From Piromyces finnis finn (taxonomy: Eukaryota > Fungi > Neocallimastigomycota), in contig MCFH01000018.1 in NCBI GenBank assembly GCA_002104945.1, forward strand, positions 744,001-808,000: a stretch of DNA of 64,000 nt, read 5' to 3'. Shown here piece by piece: positions 10,810 to 25,300 of the stretch. The translations under genes and the position numbers were made by a program. The stretch's first letter is position 1. Each line of letters begins with the position of its first letter. The notes below the pieces were generated by a model that worked only from the letters and a program-made list of their open reading frames with translations, was not told where the DNA came from and searched no databases.

Positions 10810-13800
10810 TTAATTTTCGTTTTCAAATAAAGACTTTTCTTTGTATAAGTAATTCATTAATTTTTTAAAATTTTGTTGATTGTTTGAAGAAAGATCATTT
10901 TTATTATTCCACTTTAAACTAAAAAAATGTTTTGAAGGATTAGATGTGGTAGGAATGAGTCGTTGCATTAATCGATGATTATATAAAGGATCATGCCTTT
11001 TAAATTCATATGTTATCATGATATACTTTGCTACCTGGTCAGAAATAATATCATATCCATAATAGGTATTAGTTAAATCATTTTTTTCAGATACTGTGTT
11101 TTTTGATGATAAAGAATTTAATAATTTCATTTTTTTGTGTTGATGATTATTATCTTCTTCAATTTTAATTAAATTATTATCATAAATATCTATTTTATCT
11201 TTAAGGCTATTTTTTTTTTTTACATCTTTTTCCTCTTTTAATTTTCTTATATCTTGAATTTTTCCATAACCTGGTATATATTCTGGGTATAAAGGTTGGG
11301 CTGCTCCATAAATATTAAAATTAATAACTAAATATAAAGGAAGAATATCATACATGAATGTTTTAAGCTTTTGCTTATAACTATTAGTAGTATATAATGA
11401 AGTCCATTCCTCTTGAAACAGCTCTCGAGTAGGTGGAAATAAATCACGATAAAGAGGAATAGGTGCATCCTTTAATTCTCTATATATATTAATATAATTA
11501 GTACCGAAATATTGAAATAAAAGAGATGATGTATAGTTGTATGAATTATTATTTTTCGATGAAAATGAAGAAATTATGATTTCTGAAGGTTTGGAATCAA
11601 ACGATTTAAATTGGTACTTTGGGTAAAACTCAATAGTAGATATTTGGTTTACTTTATCATTTGAAAATAGAGAAGAATTTGAAGAAAAGAAAAAACGAGG
11701 ATGGGTATAATTACTAAAGTAATGATGGGGCCTCATATATATAAAATATTTAGTGATACCAGTAATTCTATCAAGGAACATTTCTATTTGATGTCTTTTA
11801 CTATGAATTGGACGTCGTGGTTGATGATTTTTTCTAAAAAACAGGTATTTATCATATCTACTGTTATCATTTAGGGAAGAAAATGAAAATGTTTTATTGT
11901 CTTTATTTATTTTATGAGAATTAGGTATAATATTATCTGAATATATCAGATTAATACGGTCACATTGATGATTTAACCAGAATAATTCTTCAGATAATAA
12001 ATTCTTTGATATGAACTTAGGAAGAATAATATAAATTTGACCTTGATACCAAGGTAAATATTTATCGATAGAGCGTAAAGAATATTTTAATTCTAAAAAT
12101 GCATTTTTATTATCTTTGTTTTCGATATAAAATGTATTTTTTTTTCGAGAGAATAATAATTTTGATAAAAGTACTAAAAATTTTTTTATAGGACTTATAT
12201 TAGAAAATTCGTTAGGATTATCAAGGATATAAACCATAGAAATATTTTTTGCCCATTGCCATTCTGATGATAGCTCTTCTCCATGATAAGTTAATAGAAA
12301 ACGTAGTTCATTCTTCTCTCTTGAGCTTAGTTCACTAATTTTAGTTTTCTTTGTTTTTGGTGTTGAAAGAGTATCTTTCTTTTGCAAATAATCATGGATA
12401 ATATTTAATTTATATTGAAACATTATATTTTTAAAATTAGAAATTTCTGTTTCGTTGAAATCACCTTTAATACTTTTTATAACATTGTTAATATTTTTTT
12501 TTATGGAATTTATTTGGGAAGGAATTCCTTTCTCTAATACAACATATTCTATTTTTTCATATGGTGAAGGATCAGGATATCTTGTAATCATATATTCTGT
12601 AAATTCATACAATGACCGCTTAATAGAATAGGAATCATTTAAATTATAAATAAAAATATTTGGGCTTGTTTTAAAGAGTTTAAAATAATAATAATTTCTT
12701 TTTGAATTATTTGTTACACGACCGTATTTTATAAATTGATTAGCAATCATTGGTGATATTACTTTGCAAGAATATTTTTCAACAGTTTTATTCTTAGGCA
12801 ACTGAAATCCTTTAAATTCTTTTACTTTTCCTTCACCACCTAATTTTAACGGAAATTCATTATGCTGTGTTGCGTATTGCATAAATGCCTGATAAAGATA
12901 AATGGTTTGAACTTTTGTAGGATGTCTAAATCGATTACTATAAACATTATTTAATTCTTTTTTAAAAAGTTGGCGAAAAGGTTCGAAAAGATCTCGATAA
13001 AAGACATGTACTGTATGTAATAAATCTATTCTCGGATAGTTTGTCGTGTATAATATTTAGATGCTTGAAATATTTCATGAATGTCATTAGTTTGGATAAT
13101 TCTATTCACTTCTTTTTTATTGATTTTTCTTTTAAAATTTCGATAAACTTTTGGATAAAAAGTATTACTAGTAAAAAAGAAACATGGATGAATATAATGA
13201 TTTAAAAATACATCATCATTAAAATATAAAAAACGTTCTGTAATACCGGGAATTTTATCAAAAAAAAGTTCAATAGTATTGGAGTCATAAGTGGGATAAA
13301 TATATGGAGGAAAAATATCTTTGTGATAAATTATTTTAATACGAGGATGACTTGTATCTAACCATTTAGGTATTTGTTGACTTGTAACAATATATATCAT
13401 TCCTTCATGCCATGGCATATATTTCTGAAGGGACCGTAACGAATAGCGTAGTTCATCAGCCGAGCGGTCACGACTATTGACTTTACGAATTCCACCATTA
13501 AAAACAAATTTTAAATCTAAAAAATCAATATCTGATCCGTCAACCCAGGTATACACAACTGAAATATTTTTAACCCAATTCCATTCTTGTTCAAGCTCTC
13601 CTCCTACGTAATTTACAATATAATTTAAATCGTTACGGTCATTATTAATTTCATTACTATCAATAATAGAATTATAAATGTCAAAATCTTCATTTTGAAT
13701 TATATTTATCAATTTTTTAATGCGAATTTCGTCTTCTGTATCTACAGTAACATATTTTTGAGTGAATTTATATTTACTAAAAATTTTTAAAAAAAAATTA

Positions 13801-13901
13801 TTATTTAAATATATGGAAAACACAAACACTACTATTGACACAAAAATTAGAATGTATTTTTTTTTAAAAAAATTTACTTGTTGATTTTCCTCTTTTATCA
13901 T
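10810..13901 (-). CDS. Stealth-family hexose-1-phosphate transferase-like protein (type II TM anchor, two Stealth domains), interrupted by a frameshift near 13026; possible pseudogene
   Basis: CR1 ISVVYTWVDGSD. CR2 ELRYSLRSLQKYMPW...TIELFFDKIPGITERFLYFNDDVFL. CR3-like LHTVHVFYRDLF...NRFRH lies in a different frame just after the TAG at 13026-13028 and is continuous with the 10810-12882 ORF. A second degenerate repeat follows (ELKYSLRSIDKYLPW). Confidence 0.85.
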
Positions 13902-15015
13902 TATTCTTCCTTATAATGAATTTATTTTACTTTTTTTTTTTTTAATAATTTGTATAATTTAGCAAAAATATTTACATTATTTTAAAAATTTAAATTCATA
14001 TTTAAAAAGCAATTGAAATTTCTTATTAGTACATTTTTAATAATTATCATTATTTAAATTTTTCATTTATCAGTTACTCTATTTTTATTTATTTATTTAC
14101 TATATTATTAATAAACTTTCTAATTAACTAAAAATTTGGTTCATAAATTTCAATTTTAGATTTTATAATGTTTCATTCAAACAAGTTTAAAAGTATTCTG
14201 TATTAACTATAAATAGGGAAAAATTTAAATCATATTTATTGGATAAATTTTTAATTATATATTAAATTATGTTTTTTTTGAATTAATTAAATTTAATTTT
14301 CATTAAAGATTTTTTTTATGAAAATATAATTAACTTTACCCTTACCACTTTACTTTTTTTTTTTTTTAATTTAAATTCTATTTTAGAAAGGTTTTGTTGT
14401 ATGCATTAATTTATGCTTATTTAATAATATTTAAATATTATTTATATAAAAAAAAAAAATAATAAATCTTTTGAAAATATAAAAGATTAAATTTATCTAT
14501 TTAATTTAAAAAATATCAAATTATATTTCAATTTTTAGTATTGCTATAAAGTTAATTTCTAATGAAAATTATATATTAATAGAAAGTTTTAAAAAACAAC
14601 TTTTCACTTTTTTTTTCTTGTTTGTAATGCTTTACAGATATTTTAAATTTTCATCTTTAACTTTTTTCTCTTAATTAATTAGTTATCATGATATATATTT
14701 TTTATTAATTTATATAATAATTATATTATTGAATAAATTTTTTTTTTAATATATCTTTATTGTTATTTTTTAATAGTATATATAAATTTTAATTAGAAAG
14801 ATGGATAGAATGTTAAAAAGTATAAATAATAATTATTAATTTTTTTTTTATTTTTTTTTATTCTAATATATCCTATAAAGTAATAAAATAATAATCTTTA
14901 CTTATTATTATTATTATTATATTATTATTATTATTACTATTACTATTATTTCCTCTTCTTATTTTATTTCTTTTCTTTTATTCTTTTTTCTTTTTTATTA
15001 TTATTATTATTTTTT

Positions 15016-16321
15016 TTAATTTTCATCTTCCACAGTTTTTAACCATAAATAGAAACAAATAGTATTTATACATTCAGATACAAATGGTAATTCTTTATCA
15101 GAAAGTTTAATATCTGGATTCAAACATATTAATTCACAATCAACACGTTTATCTTGATGAAGTGAAAAATGAACTAGGTATCCTGTATAATTAGTATCAA
15201 AAAGAATAAGATGACGAGTAAACTTGTCATATAATTGACGATGATTTTGATAGTAGTGCTGTGAAAGGTAATCGAAAATATCCGGCCAACATAATTCTTG
15301 ATTAAGGAAAAGATTACTTAATTGTGGATCAATCTCAAGAAGTGAACGACGATGACTGGACCATGTTTCAAAGAAAAGTTTGGTCCAATGACCCATACTA
15401 AGATCACCTAATGGCTGTTCCCAAAGATTTGGTAAGGTTGGATCAATCTTTGAACAATATTCACTAATTTCACCATTTAATAATTGACGCCATAATGAAT
15501 CCTTTGAGTAATAACGAATAGCTATATTGTAAATATGAATACAAACATAATAATTATTAATTTTATTATTAATTGTACTATTATTTTTATTATTTCTATA
15601 TTTATCTTATTATCTTATTATACTACTACTATTAATATTCTTATTATTGATTATTATAATTATACTTTTTTTTTTTTTTTTTACCTTTTTCAATTAGAAT
15701 TTCAATTCTTCTTTCAGCAAATTTTACAACATCACCGAGAGTATTAGAAGCAGATAAGTATTCTTTTAATGGATCATTATCGTCATCATTATAATATTTT
15801 TGAGATGAAGCATTTTGTGGTTTAATCTTAGAAATATTAGTTTGACGAATAGCGCTATGTGGAAAGACATGTTTACGATTTAAAACAATTAAGAAATAAT
15901 CTAAATTAAGCATTCCTTTATGCTTTAAAGAAACATTGAGATGATTATCATCATCTAATAATGGATTGGTATTATAAACAACCAAGGTATATTGATAGAG
16001 ATTATCACCTTCAGAATATACATCTTCCGTTTGATTGAAATCAGCAAAATTAGAAGAAAGATAACAAGCAACCGTTTCTCCATGTGATTTTACAGGTCTA
16101 AATCCATATCTTGATGGATTTCTTAATATGTATTGGAATAATCTTTGATTTCCAGAGAAAGATGAACAATCAACAGTACACTGACCCTTTAAAATACGAT
16201 TTCTTTTTAATTTAATATTTTTTTTTTTGATATAATTAACATTTATTTTTTATGAATAATAATTAAAAAAAAAAAAAAAAATTAATGAATCATTTAATAA
16301 ATAATAAGAAATTTCAAATAA

Positions 16322-16360
<39 letters not shown>

Positions 16361-19300
16361 ATGCTTATAAAGCTTACCTTGCAAAATCTTGATGTTTTGG
16401 ATTATAACGAACAAATGTATTTAAAATATCTAATATATCTAATGGGAAATAGCCTGTTTTTTCATCTAAAATTAATTGACAGTATCTTAAATGGAAATCG
16501 TATACAACTATATATATAAAAAAAAATATTTTTTAAAGATAATATAGAATAATATTATATATAAATATAAATATATATATTATTTTTTTTTTAAAAAAAA
16601 AAAAGTAATAGTTAAAATAGTTGCTTTAAAAGAAAATAAATATGTATTTTTTAGAAAATGCTTTTTTTTAAAAAAAAAAACTCACATGACTTTACATGTA
16701 CTAAATTTTTAAATTTAGCACATTCTTGAGCAAAGAGTTGATAATTTTGCCAAGTAGAATAAGAATATTGATTTTCACTTTTACGAATATGACGACCATA
16801 TTGAATAGTATATAAATCAACACAAACAAAAATACCTTGAATACCAACTTGAACAATTAATACACCTTCAGAAAATGTTTTTTGAAGGTATACCATAAAA
16901 CTATCTACAGAAAGGGATTTTGATATGGTGAATTTTGGTGAATTTTGAAGATCCTGATGAGTTGTGACTATACGAAGACCTAAATTCTTTAAATATTCAA
17001 CATATTCCTTGAAAATCTTTATCATTAAATCCTTAAACCAAACAATAGAATTCTTATCTAAATTAACAAGATCATCTGGATCATTATCTGTATCTGTACG
17101 AAGATACGTTTCATTACTTAAAAGAACTAATGAATCACGTATATGCGGTGAAGCAAAAAGTAATGGTGTACGACAACTATGAATAAGACGTGATGAACGT
17201 AAATTAAATTCGGATGAAAATTCAGTATCATTATGTGAATTTTGGAATTTACCCCATTTTGTGTAGACTTTCTGTAAAATTTCTTGTTTTTGCTTATTTT
17301 TCTTTTGACGATTATACGATTCTAAGAATTCAACACCGTTACGTTGAATTAAATCAGCTTGAAGTTCTTGAATATCTTGAGATTTTATAAAATTGTACTT
17401 TAATACAGATTTTAATGGGGCACTTAAACGAATATTACCATAATCATTCATTAAATTATTAAGACGTTGACTAGTTTCGTTATTTTCATCAAGTTTAGAA
17501 AGTGGACAGGAACAATTTTCTACAATATTTTCTATATCAGAATATTGTGCGTATTTTTGAGAGGTACCCATGTTACGTAATAACCTTGGCTTACTAATAA
17601 TAACAACCTTGGATTCTACATGATGGTGGAAGAAACCTAATTTTTGGTATATAATATTATTAAGAAGTTGTTTCCGTAGATTATGCCATGAAAGAAGACG
17701 AGCAATAGACGAAAAGATTTGTTCACAATAGCTACGATTCCAATTATAGGTATAAAGGGATACACCATGAACATCAATGTATACAGATAATAAACAAGTT
17801 CTAAAGCTATCGCTTATGGATGGATATAATAAAATGTCTTCAACAGATTTACTGGAATAGCTACTGATATTGGAATTAAGGAAACGACTCTTTGGATGAC
17901 TATAGGATTGCATCATGGTATTAGTACTAATATCAGAGGAGCTATGACGACTTCTAAATGATTCTGTTGAACTTTTTCTTTCAACTAGTAGGGATGAATT
18001 ATGTATATTTCTATTTTTACAATTAATACCATTGCTTAAAATGAAAAGATAGGATGAAATTTCTGAATTATCTTCACTTGAATCATAAAGATGAAGGTGT
18101 GCCTTTTCACTTAAAGTTTCAATATTTGCAGCAGGATGAAGAATATACTGGGACATAATTCCTTGATAATCGGACAAGGCTTCTTTAATTTCTAACACTA
18201 AATTTTCCATCATCCATGGTAATAATTGAATATTAGAAGACAATTCGCATATGACTGGATTATTATTATTAGAGGCATTTGCTAAAACATTACGACATGA
18301 TGTAAAGAAGGTATTAAACTTTTTGATTTCATTATCAGAAAGCTTTAGAGTTTCGCTAATAATAGATGTACCTTCATAAAATTTAGAAGGTGATCCTTCC
18401 TGCATTGGGGTATGAGGATAATTATCCTTAAGGTTGGAAAGACCAATTTCAATAATATAATCAGATAAAGTTTCTTCTAAACTTTGTTGAATTCGTTCAA
18501 CTAATACATCAGTATTAATAGAACCTTGCATCCATACTTCAACAATTACATTGGTAGATCCTAAATTTTCACGATTTTCAATATTATCTATCATTTGAAT
18601 AGTATCTTTTGGATTAATATCCTCATGAACCTCTTCATCAACATCAGTTTGACGTGTAATAACATTACCTTCCCGATCAAAGAAGGATAAGCAAATACAT
18701 GCAATACCACTACCAACAGCAGATTCCAATGGAGATGGTCCTTTAAAATTTTGGAAATAGTTGTAAAGGAAAGAAATATCACCAAAGAGTTGTTCTTCAC
18801 CACTAACAAAACCAGTACTTGTTGGTGTTGGTGTTGGAGGTTGAGAAGCTGAATTATTGTGTTTTATGAATGGACAAGAATAACCGGAATTATAGTAGTG
18901 TTGAAGAGCGTTCACGACATCACTACCATTCATGGATAAAAGGTATAATAGCATATTTTGTTTTAAATAGTTAATATAAATATGTCTATATTTTAATCCG
19001 TTTGGAAGACGGTAAAAGATACGTTTTAATGGACCACTATTCTTTGGAAGAATAAAATCAATATCTTGTGAAGTAAGACGAACATTTCTTAAAAGAGTAG
19101 AACTCATAATAGAAAGAGTAGAAAGGTTTAATTTTCCTTCGATCATTGCACAAAATTCATCAGTAATATCCTTTCCTGGTGTATCAACACCATACACTTC
19201 TAAAATTAAAGAGTGTTCCGAATTACGTTGAGAATTCTTACGGAAACCAGAGGAAGAATTAGTTCTATCAAGCTGACTAGAATCTGGTGACATTGCACGA

Positions 19301-22300
19301 CCATTATCATCTACTCCACTTTCAAAATCAATATTTGTTTCAGATAATTTCATATAAAAGATAGGATCATCCTTATTTTTAGAATAAAAGTACATATTCT
19401 TTCTATTTTCAATGGCTAATGGTTGTAATGCTCTAGAGAGATATTTTAAGGCTTGATTTACACGGAAACGCCAATACAATGGAAATTGTTTAGTAAACAT
19501 TAACGGACAAGCAAATTGACCATAGGAGAATGTCCTATTTTCATCCATTTTAATAGAAAGGGCATTCAAAAGATCACCTGTACCACTTGTAATTTCTTCA
19601 TCTGAAACAACATTATGCTCATAACCATCAATTTCTTCATCAGACATTTGTTCATTATCTGATCCTTCATCATCTTTTCCTGGTATAATAAGATATTTAC
19701 TAATGATGATTAAATAAATAAATAAATAAAAATAATTAAAGTTAGTATAAATAATAATAAAAGGAATAACAACAACAATAATAAAATTTTAAAAATAACA
19801 ATTTATAATATATAACTCTAATAATAATAATTTTTAATTTTTTTTTTTTTTTAAAAAAAAATTACATATATATAATAAAAAATTATTTTTTTTACCTAGC
19901 ACGATGTTTTTCATGAAGCATTCGTAAAAGAATTAAACGATTAACACGTTCACAGACATCTTGAATAGCTTTACGAATACAGCGCATAATTGAAGCTCTT
20001 TCCATACCGAGAACTGTTTTTGAATAATAATAAAGTTGAACAGAGGATTGACGTAGAGTAACAATTAACCAAAAACGAAGTTTGGAAGCTGGTTCAATAT
20101 CAATAGAGGAATCAATACTTTTTTCTTCTTCTTCTCCTCCATTTTTACTATTTTCTTCATCACTACTTATTGTATCATTATCACCTATACTAATACCTAA
20201 ACTATGACTTAAATCAAACGTCATAGCTTCTTGATCAGAAGATTTTGTTTTATCTTTAGTATCATTACCACCAGATTTTCCTTTACGTTTTTTAGTATCT
20301 TCAGTAACGTAAAAGAAACCTCCCAGGTTTTTGATAACATATGGATACGTGAATTTATTGGCCTTCATAAATTCTTGTAAGAAAAGAATTTGACCGAGTT
20401 GTGGGGATACAAAAGCTAATGGCATGGCTGTATGTGTTGGAACTTCAACAAATGGATTTTTTGTACGAAGTTGAGTTTCAACATAACGAAGAATAGATTC
20501 TGTAATTGGTTGGAATTGAAGAAGTCCATGCATGACTTCTTCCTTTAAAAGCCATTCAATTCTATTTTTAGTTTCCAAGAGAGCTTCCTGTTTATCTAAT
20601 GAAACTTCAGGTAATCCATTAAATCCTGCTTCTTCATAGAAAAGTTTACTATCTACATCTTCTTGGCTTTGACTATCTTCCATACTATGGAGAATTGGAA
20701 GAGTCATACAAACAATACGAAGTGTAGCTTTATAACCATTATCAATACCTACACCAGTATTACCAAAATCAAAAGCAGAAATGTTTGGAATGAGATGAGC
20801 ATGACTTTCATTATCCCCATCGAAGAAGAAGTCATAGGAGGAAGGAATATCAAAGACTGGAAGACTAACGGTTTTATAACCTTGACGTTGGTAACATACC
20901 TCTAAACGAATAAAAAGTGGAGTTTCCGAATATTCTAATGATTTTTCTAAAATTTGTAAATCTTTATCATGATGGGTGTTGTAGAGATGATTACGAGTAT
21001 CAAAGACCGGTCTATAGAAGTAAATATTTTTACCGTAAATTTCTTCTGTAGATATCAATTTAAAATGATGATTTAATACTGCAGCAAATTTTTGTGTAAC
21101 ATCCTTAAATTCATTATCGGTATCATTATTCCAGGAACGACAAAGGGTACGAACATCCAAATAAGAGGTAATATCAATATCAATAGAAGATTCTTCACAA
21201 TGTTTTAATACCATTTCAAAATCTTCAACATTAATAGAATTACCTTGAATTAATCCGGTATAAATACTTTTAATAAATGCATGAGAATAGGCTTTTTGAA
21301 TATCACTAATAAAGTTTAAGGTTGGTCCAGAAATAGGTAAAGCATTAGAATTGCAACCTTGACGATTACCACCATAACCATAAAGAATCATTTGACCATT
21401 CTTTATTTTATTAGGTTTTCTAATGATATCTGTATCAGTTTCTGGTTCTTGTATGGCTAATGAGGAATCCTTAATATCAGTGACTTCAGTTTCTGTTTCT
21501 GTAAATGCAGAAACTTCAGTTTCATTTACAATTTCTTCTTCATGTTGACCATTTTCTACAATAAGTTTAAGAATAGGAAGAAGTTTTTCTTTCTCTAATT
21601 CTGCTTCTTTTGGTGATTTAAGAAGATTATGGATACTTTCACCAATCTTAGTATCAATGATTGGATTTATAGGTTGTTGACGTTGACATTCAAAAACGGC
21701 TACAGAGAAATATTGATAAAGAGGTTCTACATTATTTTCTTGTAAGGATGTATATTCTGGGAGGAAGGCTAAAGAGAAGGAATTAGCATCACGATAACGA
21801 ACAAAACAACTATTATACTTTAATTCCTTCATGAGAATTGTGGAATCATCATCATCAAATTCATGATTTTCCTTTTTACTACGAATAAACTCAACCACAT
21901 ATTGAAGGACGTCAAGATCATCAAAATGATAAGTACCATTCACAAGAATTTTAGAATTTGATACTTTCATTAATTCTCTTTCAAAGAAATAATGAAGAAT
22001 GTAACAACTCTTGGGATAAAGAGAGTAATTTTCTTTATCTAAAAGAGTTTTTGGACAAAGAAGTGGTAATTCTGAGAAATACTTATTTGAAGAGGCTACA
22101 GAACCATTATCATCTTCCATTTGTAATAAAGGATTTAACATAATACCAAGATCATTGGAAAGAGCACTTAATGGAACTTCTTTTGCTTGAACAGGGGTAA
22201 TTGCGGTGGTAGGATTAGCTTCCGGTTCATTCGTCAGTTCCTTTGAGGAAAGAAGAACATCGAAAACATTATCACTTTCTAATTTTTCATCACTAATGGT

Positions 22301-25300
22301 ACTAATATCATCACTAGTATTATTACTCGTAACATTTTTAATAATAACAGGTACATTATAGAGGGAAACAACAAAGTTTGACGTTAAAAGAACAGGACAA
22401 ATACTGAAAATAGAGGGCACGGCAACAACATTGTTTTGATTAATATCATTTACCAATTTTACGGTTTCTTCGTCTAACCAAGCTCTACTATTATAATGAA
22501 TCTTATCAAAGGTATATATTTTTGAGGTAAGTCGACGATCCTTGGCAAGAATACGTTCACTTATAATGGAATAGACATCCGTCATATTTTCAGTATAAAT
22601 AGGCTCCATCCAAAGTTCCGTAATAGTTAACATATTCGTATTATCCTTAAAAATAATATATTGAACAGAACATATTGAGGAACTTTTTGAATCTTTTGGT
22701 CCATAGTTTACACGAGTTGAATTTGATTGACCTTCAATCAGCTTCTTTTTCTCTTCCTCTGAATCTTGGGTATCCTTCACTGATGTGATTCTCTTACCAG
22801 GACAAGCGGCTTCAATATCCGCAATATCATATTCACGTGTTAAAATTAAAAAGTCATTTGATTCCGACACCAACATAAAACCATCTTCTAAACGACTTTG
22901 GTATAACAAATAGTAAGCTAATTCATGCATATGTATTTTCATATTAAGAGATTTTACCGAAACATCCGAAAGATAAATCCAACGATTATGCATCATATAA
23001 TCCAAAAGAATTGGGTGAGAATGAAATGGTGTCATAATATTCATTTCATGAATAAATTTACGTAGGGAGCGAGACATTGAATTACGAGAAAGGTTTGAAT
23101 TAAAATTGGTATTCTTATAACGAACTAAAATACGGGATAAATTCTTCTTACAAACAAAGATAGGTCTTATCTTATTATCAAGACCATTTCTAGCAATATG
23201 TTCAAGAGCTGATATCTCCGAACGCATATCATTAATAATAGTTTCACGATCTTCTACTGAAACATTAAAAAATACCAAACAGAGTGAAATAATTCCTTCC
23301 GCTTCCAAGATAATACGAGCCATACAAAAACCTGTTGGTGTTTGAATAGCATTAGCAAAGGTAGTCGATGCTGTTGTTGTCACAGGGGTGGTATTAGTTG
23401 ATACTTGATTAGGACTAGAAATGCTAATACCACTAGAACTTTGAATAGAATCTTGGCTTAAATTAAGGGTTGTATTAATATTAATTGTTGAGCTTTGACG
23501 ACTTGCTTTTTGGGAAGGAACCGTTGAAGAATATTCTGAATAAGAAGGTTGATTTTGATATGAACCTGAAGCTTCCTTTTCTAAATTGGTGGATGTTGTA
23601 GTAGTAGTAGCACTTGAGGATGGTGATTTAGTTGAAAAACCTTCTGTTGAAGAAGAACTTGTCTTACTATTGGAAGAAATGGATGGAATAAATTTAATAA
23701 AGGTATTCTTAGGAACAACGAAGGAAGCCCATTCATTGAAATAACGAGAAATGAGGGTGAGAGCGATACCACGTTTATTACGATTAGCATCGGAGAAGGA
23801 ACCATTTTGAAGGATAGAAGAAAAGTTTGCATAAGTTGGACAAAGAATTAACTCAATACGAGCTTCATCAACCAAACTACGGGTTGATTTATTCAATACA
23901 ATTTGATTAATGTATTGCCAGAAACTAATATGTTGGTCAGAATTTAAATCCATATTATGATTTGTTTTTGGAAGACTACCTTCTCCTCCTGATCCCGATC
24001 CTACTCCAGTTGTAGGACGTCTAGTAGGACTAGTACTAGATTTTTGTTGAGAAGTAGTGAAAAGAGAATGTTTTGAATTAAATGAGGCGACTAATTTGAG
24101 ATTTTCATCAGTTTCCCAAATAGATTCTAGAATTGAATGAAGACTTACCAAATTTTCATGATTTGGATTAATAAAGGAACCTCTTGATTCAAAATGATTG
24201 ATAAAGAAAAGGGCAAAGGTGTGATGGGCTAAAATATTTAAACTAACCTCAATCTTATAATATTTTGAAACGGGTGGTGGGAAAAGTGGTGAAAGTGTGT
24301 TACCAACACTATCACTTCCAGAAGAATTGGAACCAATGATAGCAGAGGATGAACCCGCAGAAATTGAATTATTGACCAAATTAGTATTTGATTTTTGAGC
24401 CATAGACATTAAACTAGAAGAATACATACTGGTATTGTGAGAACGCCATGGAGCTCTCAATGAATATTGTATAGTAACATTGGAAAAGATATGTAAATTC
24501 ATAACAATTTCAATTTTATCGGAACGACCACTTTTTGTTGAAGAATGAAGGATAACACCATGAATACAAAAACCTTCTCTTAAACGAGTTGCTAAAACAT
24601 GATCTAAATCCACATTTAAGGTATATTCTTTATAACCACAAAGAATTTCACTGGATATTGGAGATTGACTGTTAATATCCCATGGGAAACGTGAATCTTG
24701 AGAACTGAAATCATGAATAATAGACATTTTCGAAATTTTAATAAGACGTGGTCTTGGTATATCTATAATACGTTCACAACCATCATATACAGAATTATAA
24801 CGATTATCCGAATTAAGTTTCGTAAAGGACCGTTCTCTTAACATCAATGCACGATGATAGAAATTTGGAGAAAGGGACGACTCCTTTTCATTATATTCAT
24901 CCAATAAAGGACAATCACTCGAATAAAGAAATTTACCAGAAGTAGCTAAGGCAATGAATCGAAGTTGTTCATTATCCACGACATATCCGAAATTAGAACT
25001 TGGTATATATCCATTGCTTGAACCAACTTGAATAATGGTCACCAAAACATTATCTCTTACTAATTTTCTACAAGAATCTTTTGATAAAGAACTTCTATAT
25101 CTATTTACACCATCTAATTATAGATCCATATAAATATCGAGTAAATGATTTAAAATATACATATGAAATAAAATTAAATATTATAATTAAATGTGAGGGG
25201 AAAAAAAAAAAAAACAAGGTTTGAAAATAAAAAATAATAATGATTAATGAAATGATATTAATAATATTAATAAAAATTAATAACGTTAAAAATAAAACAA

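Noticed and set aside
16964-23832. Short overlapping ORFs inside SZT2 exons (16964, 18591, 20663, 21958, 23581)
   Set aside because: Alternative or antisense frames of a long conserved CDS with no independent support.
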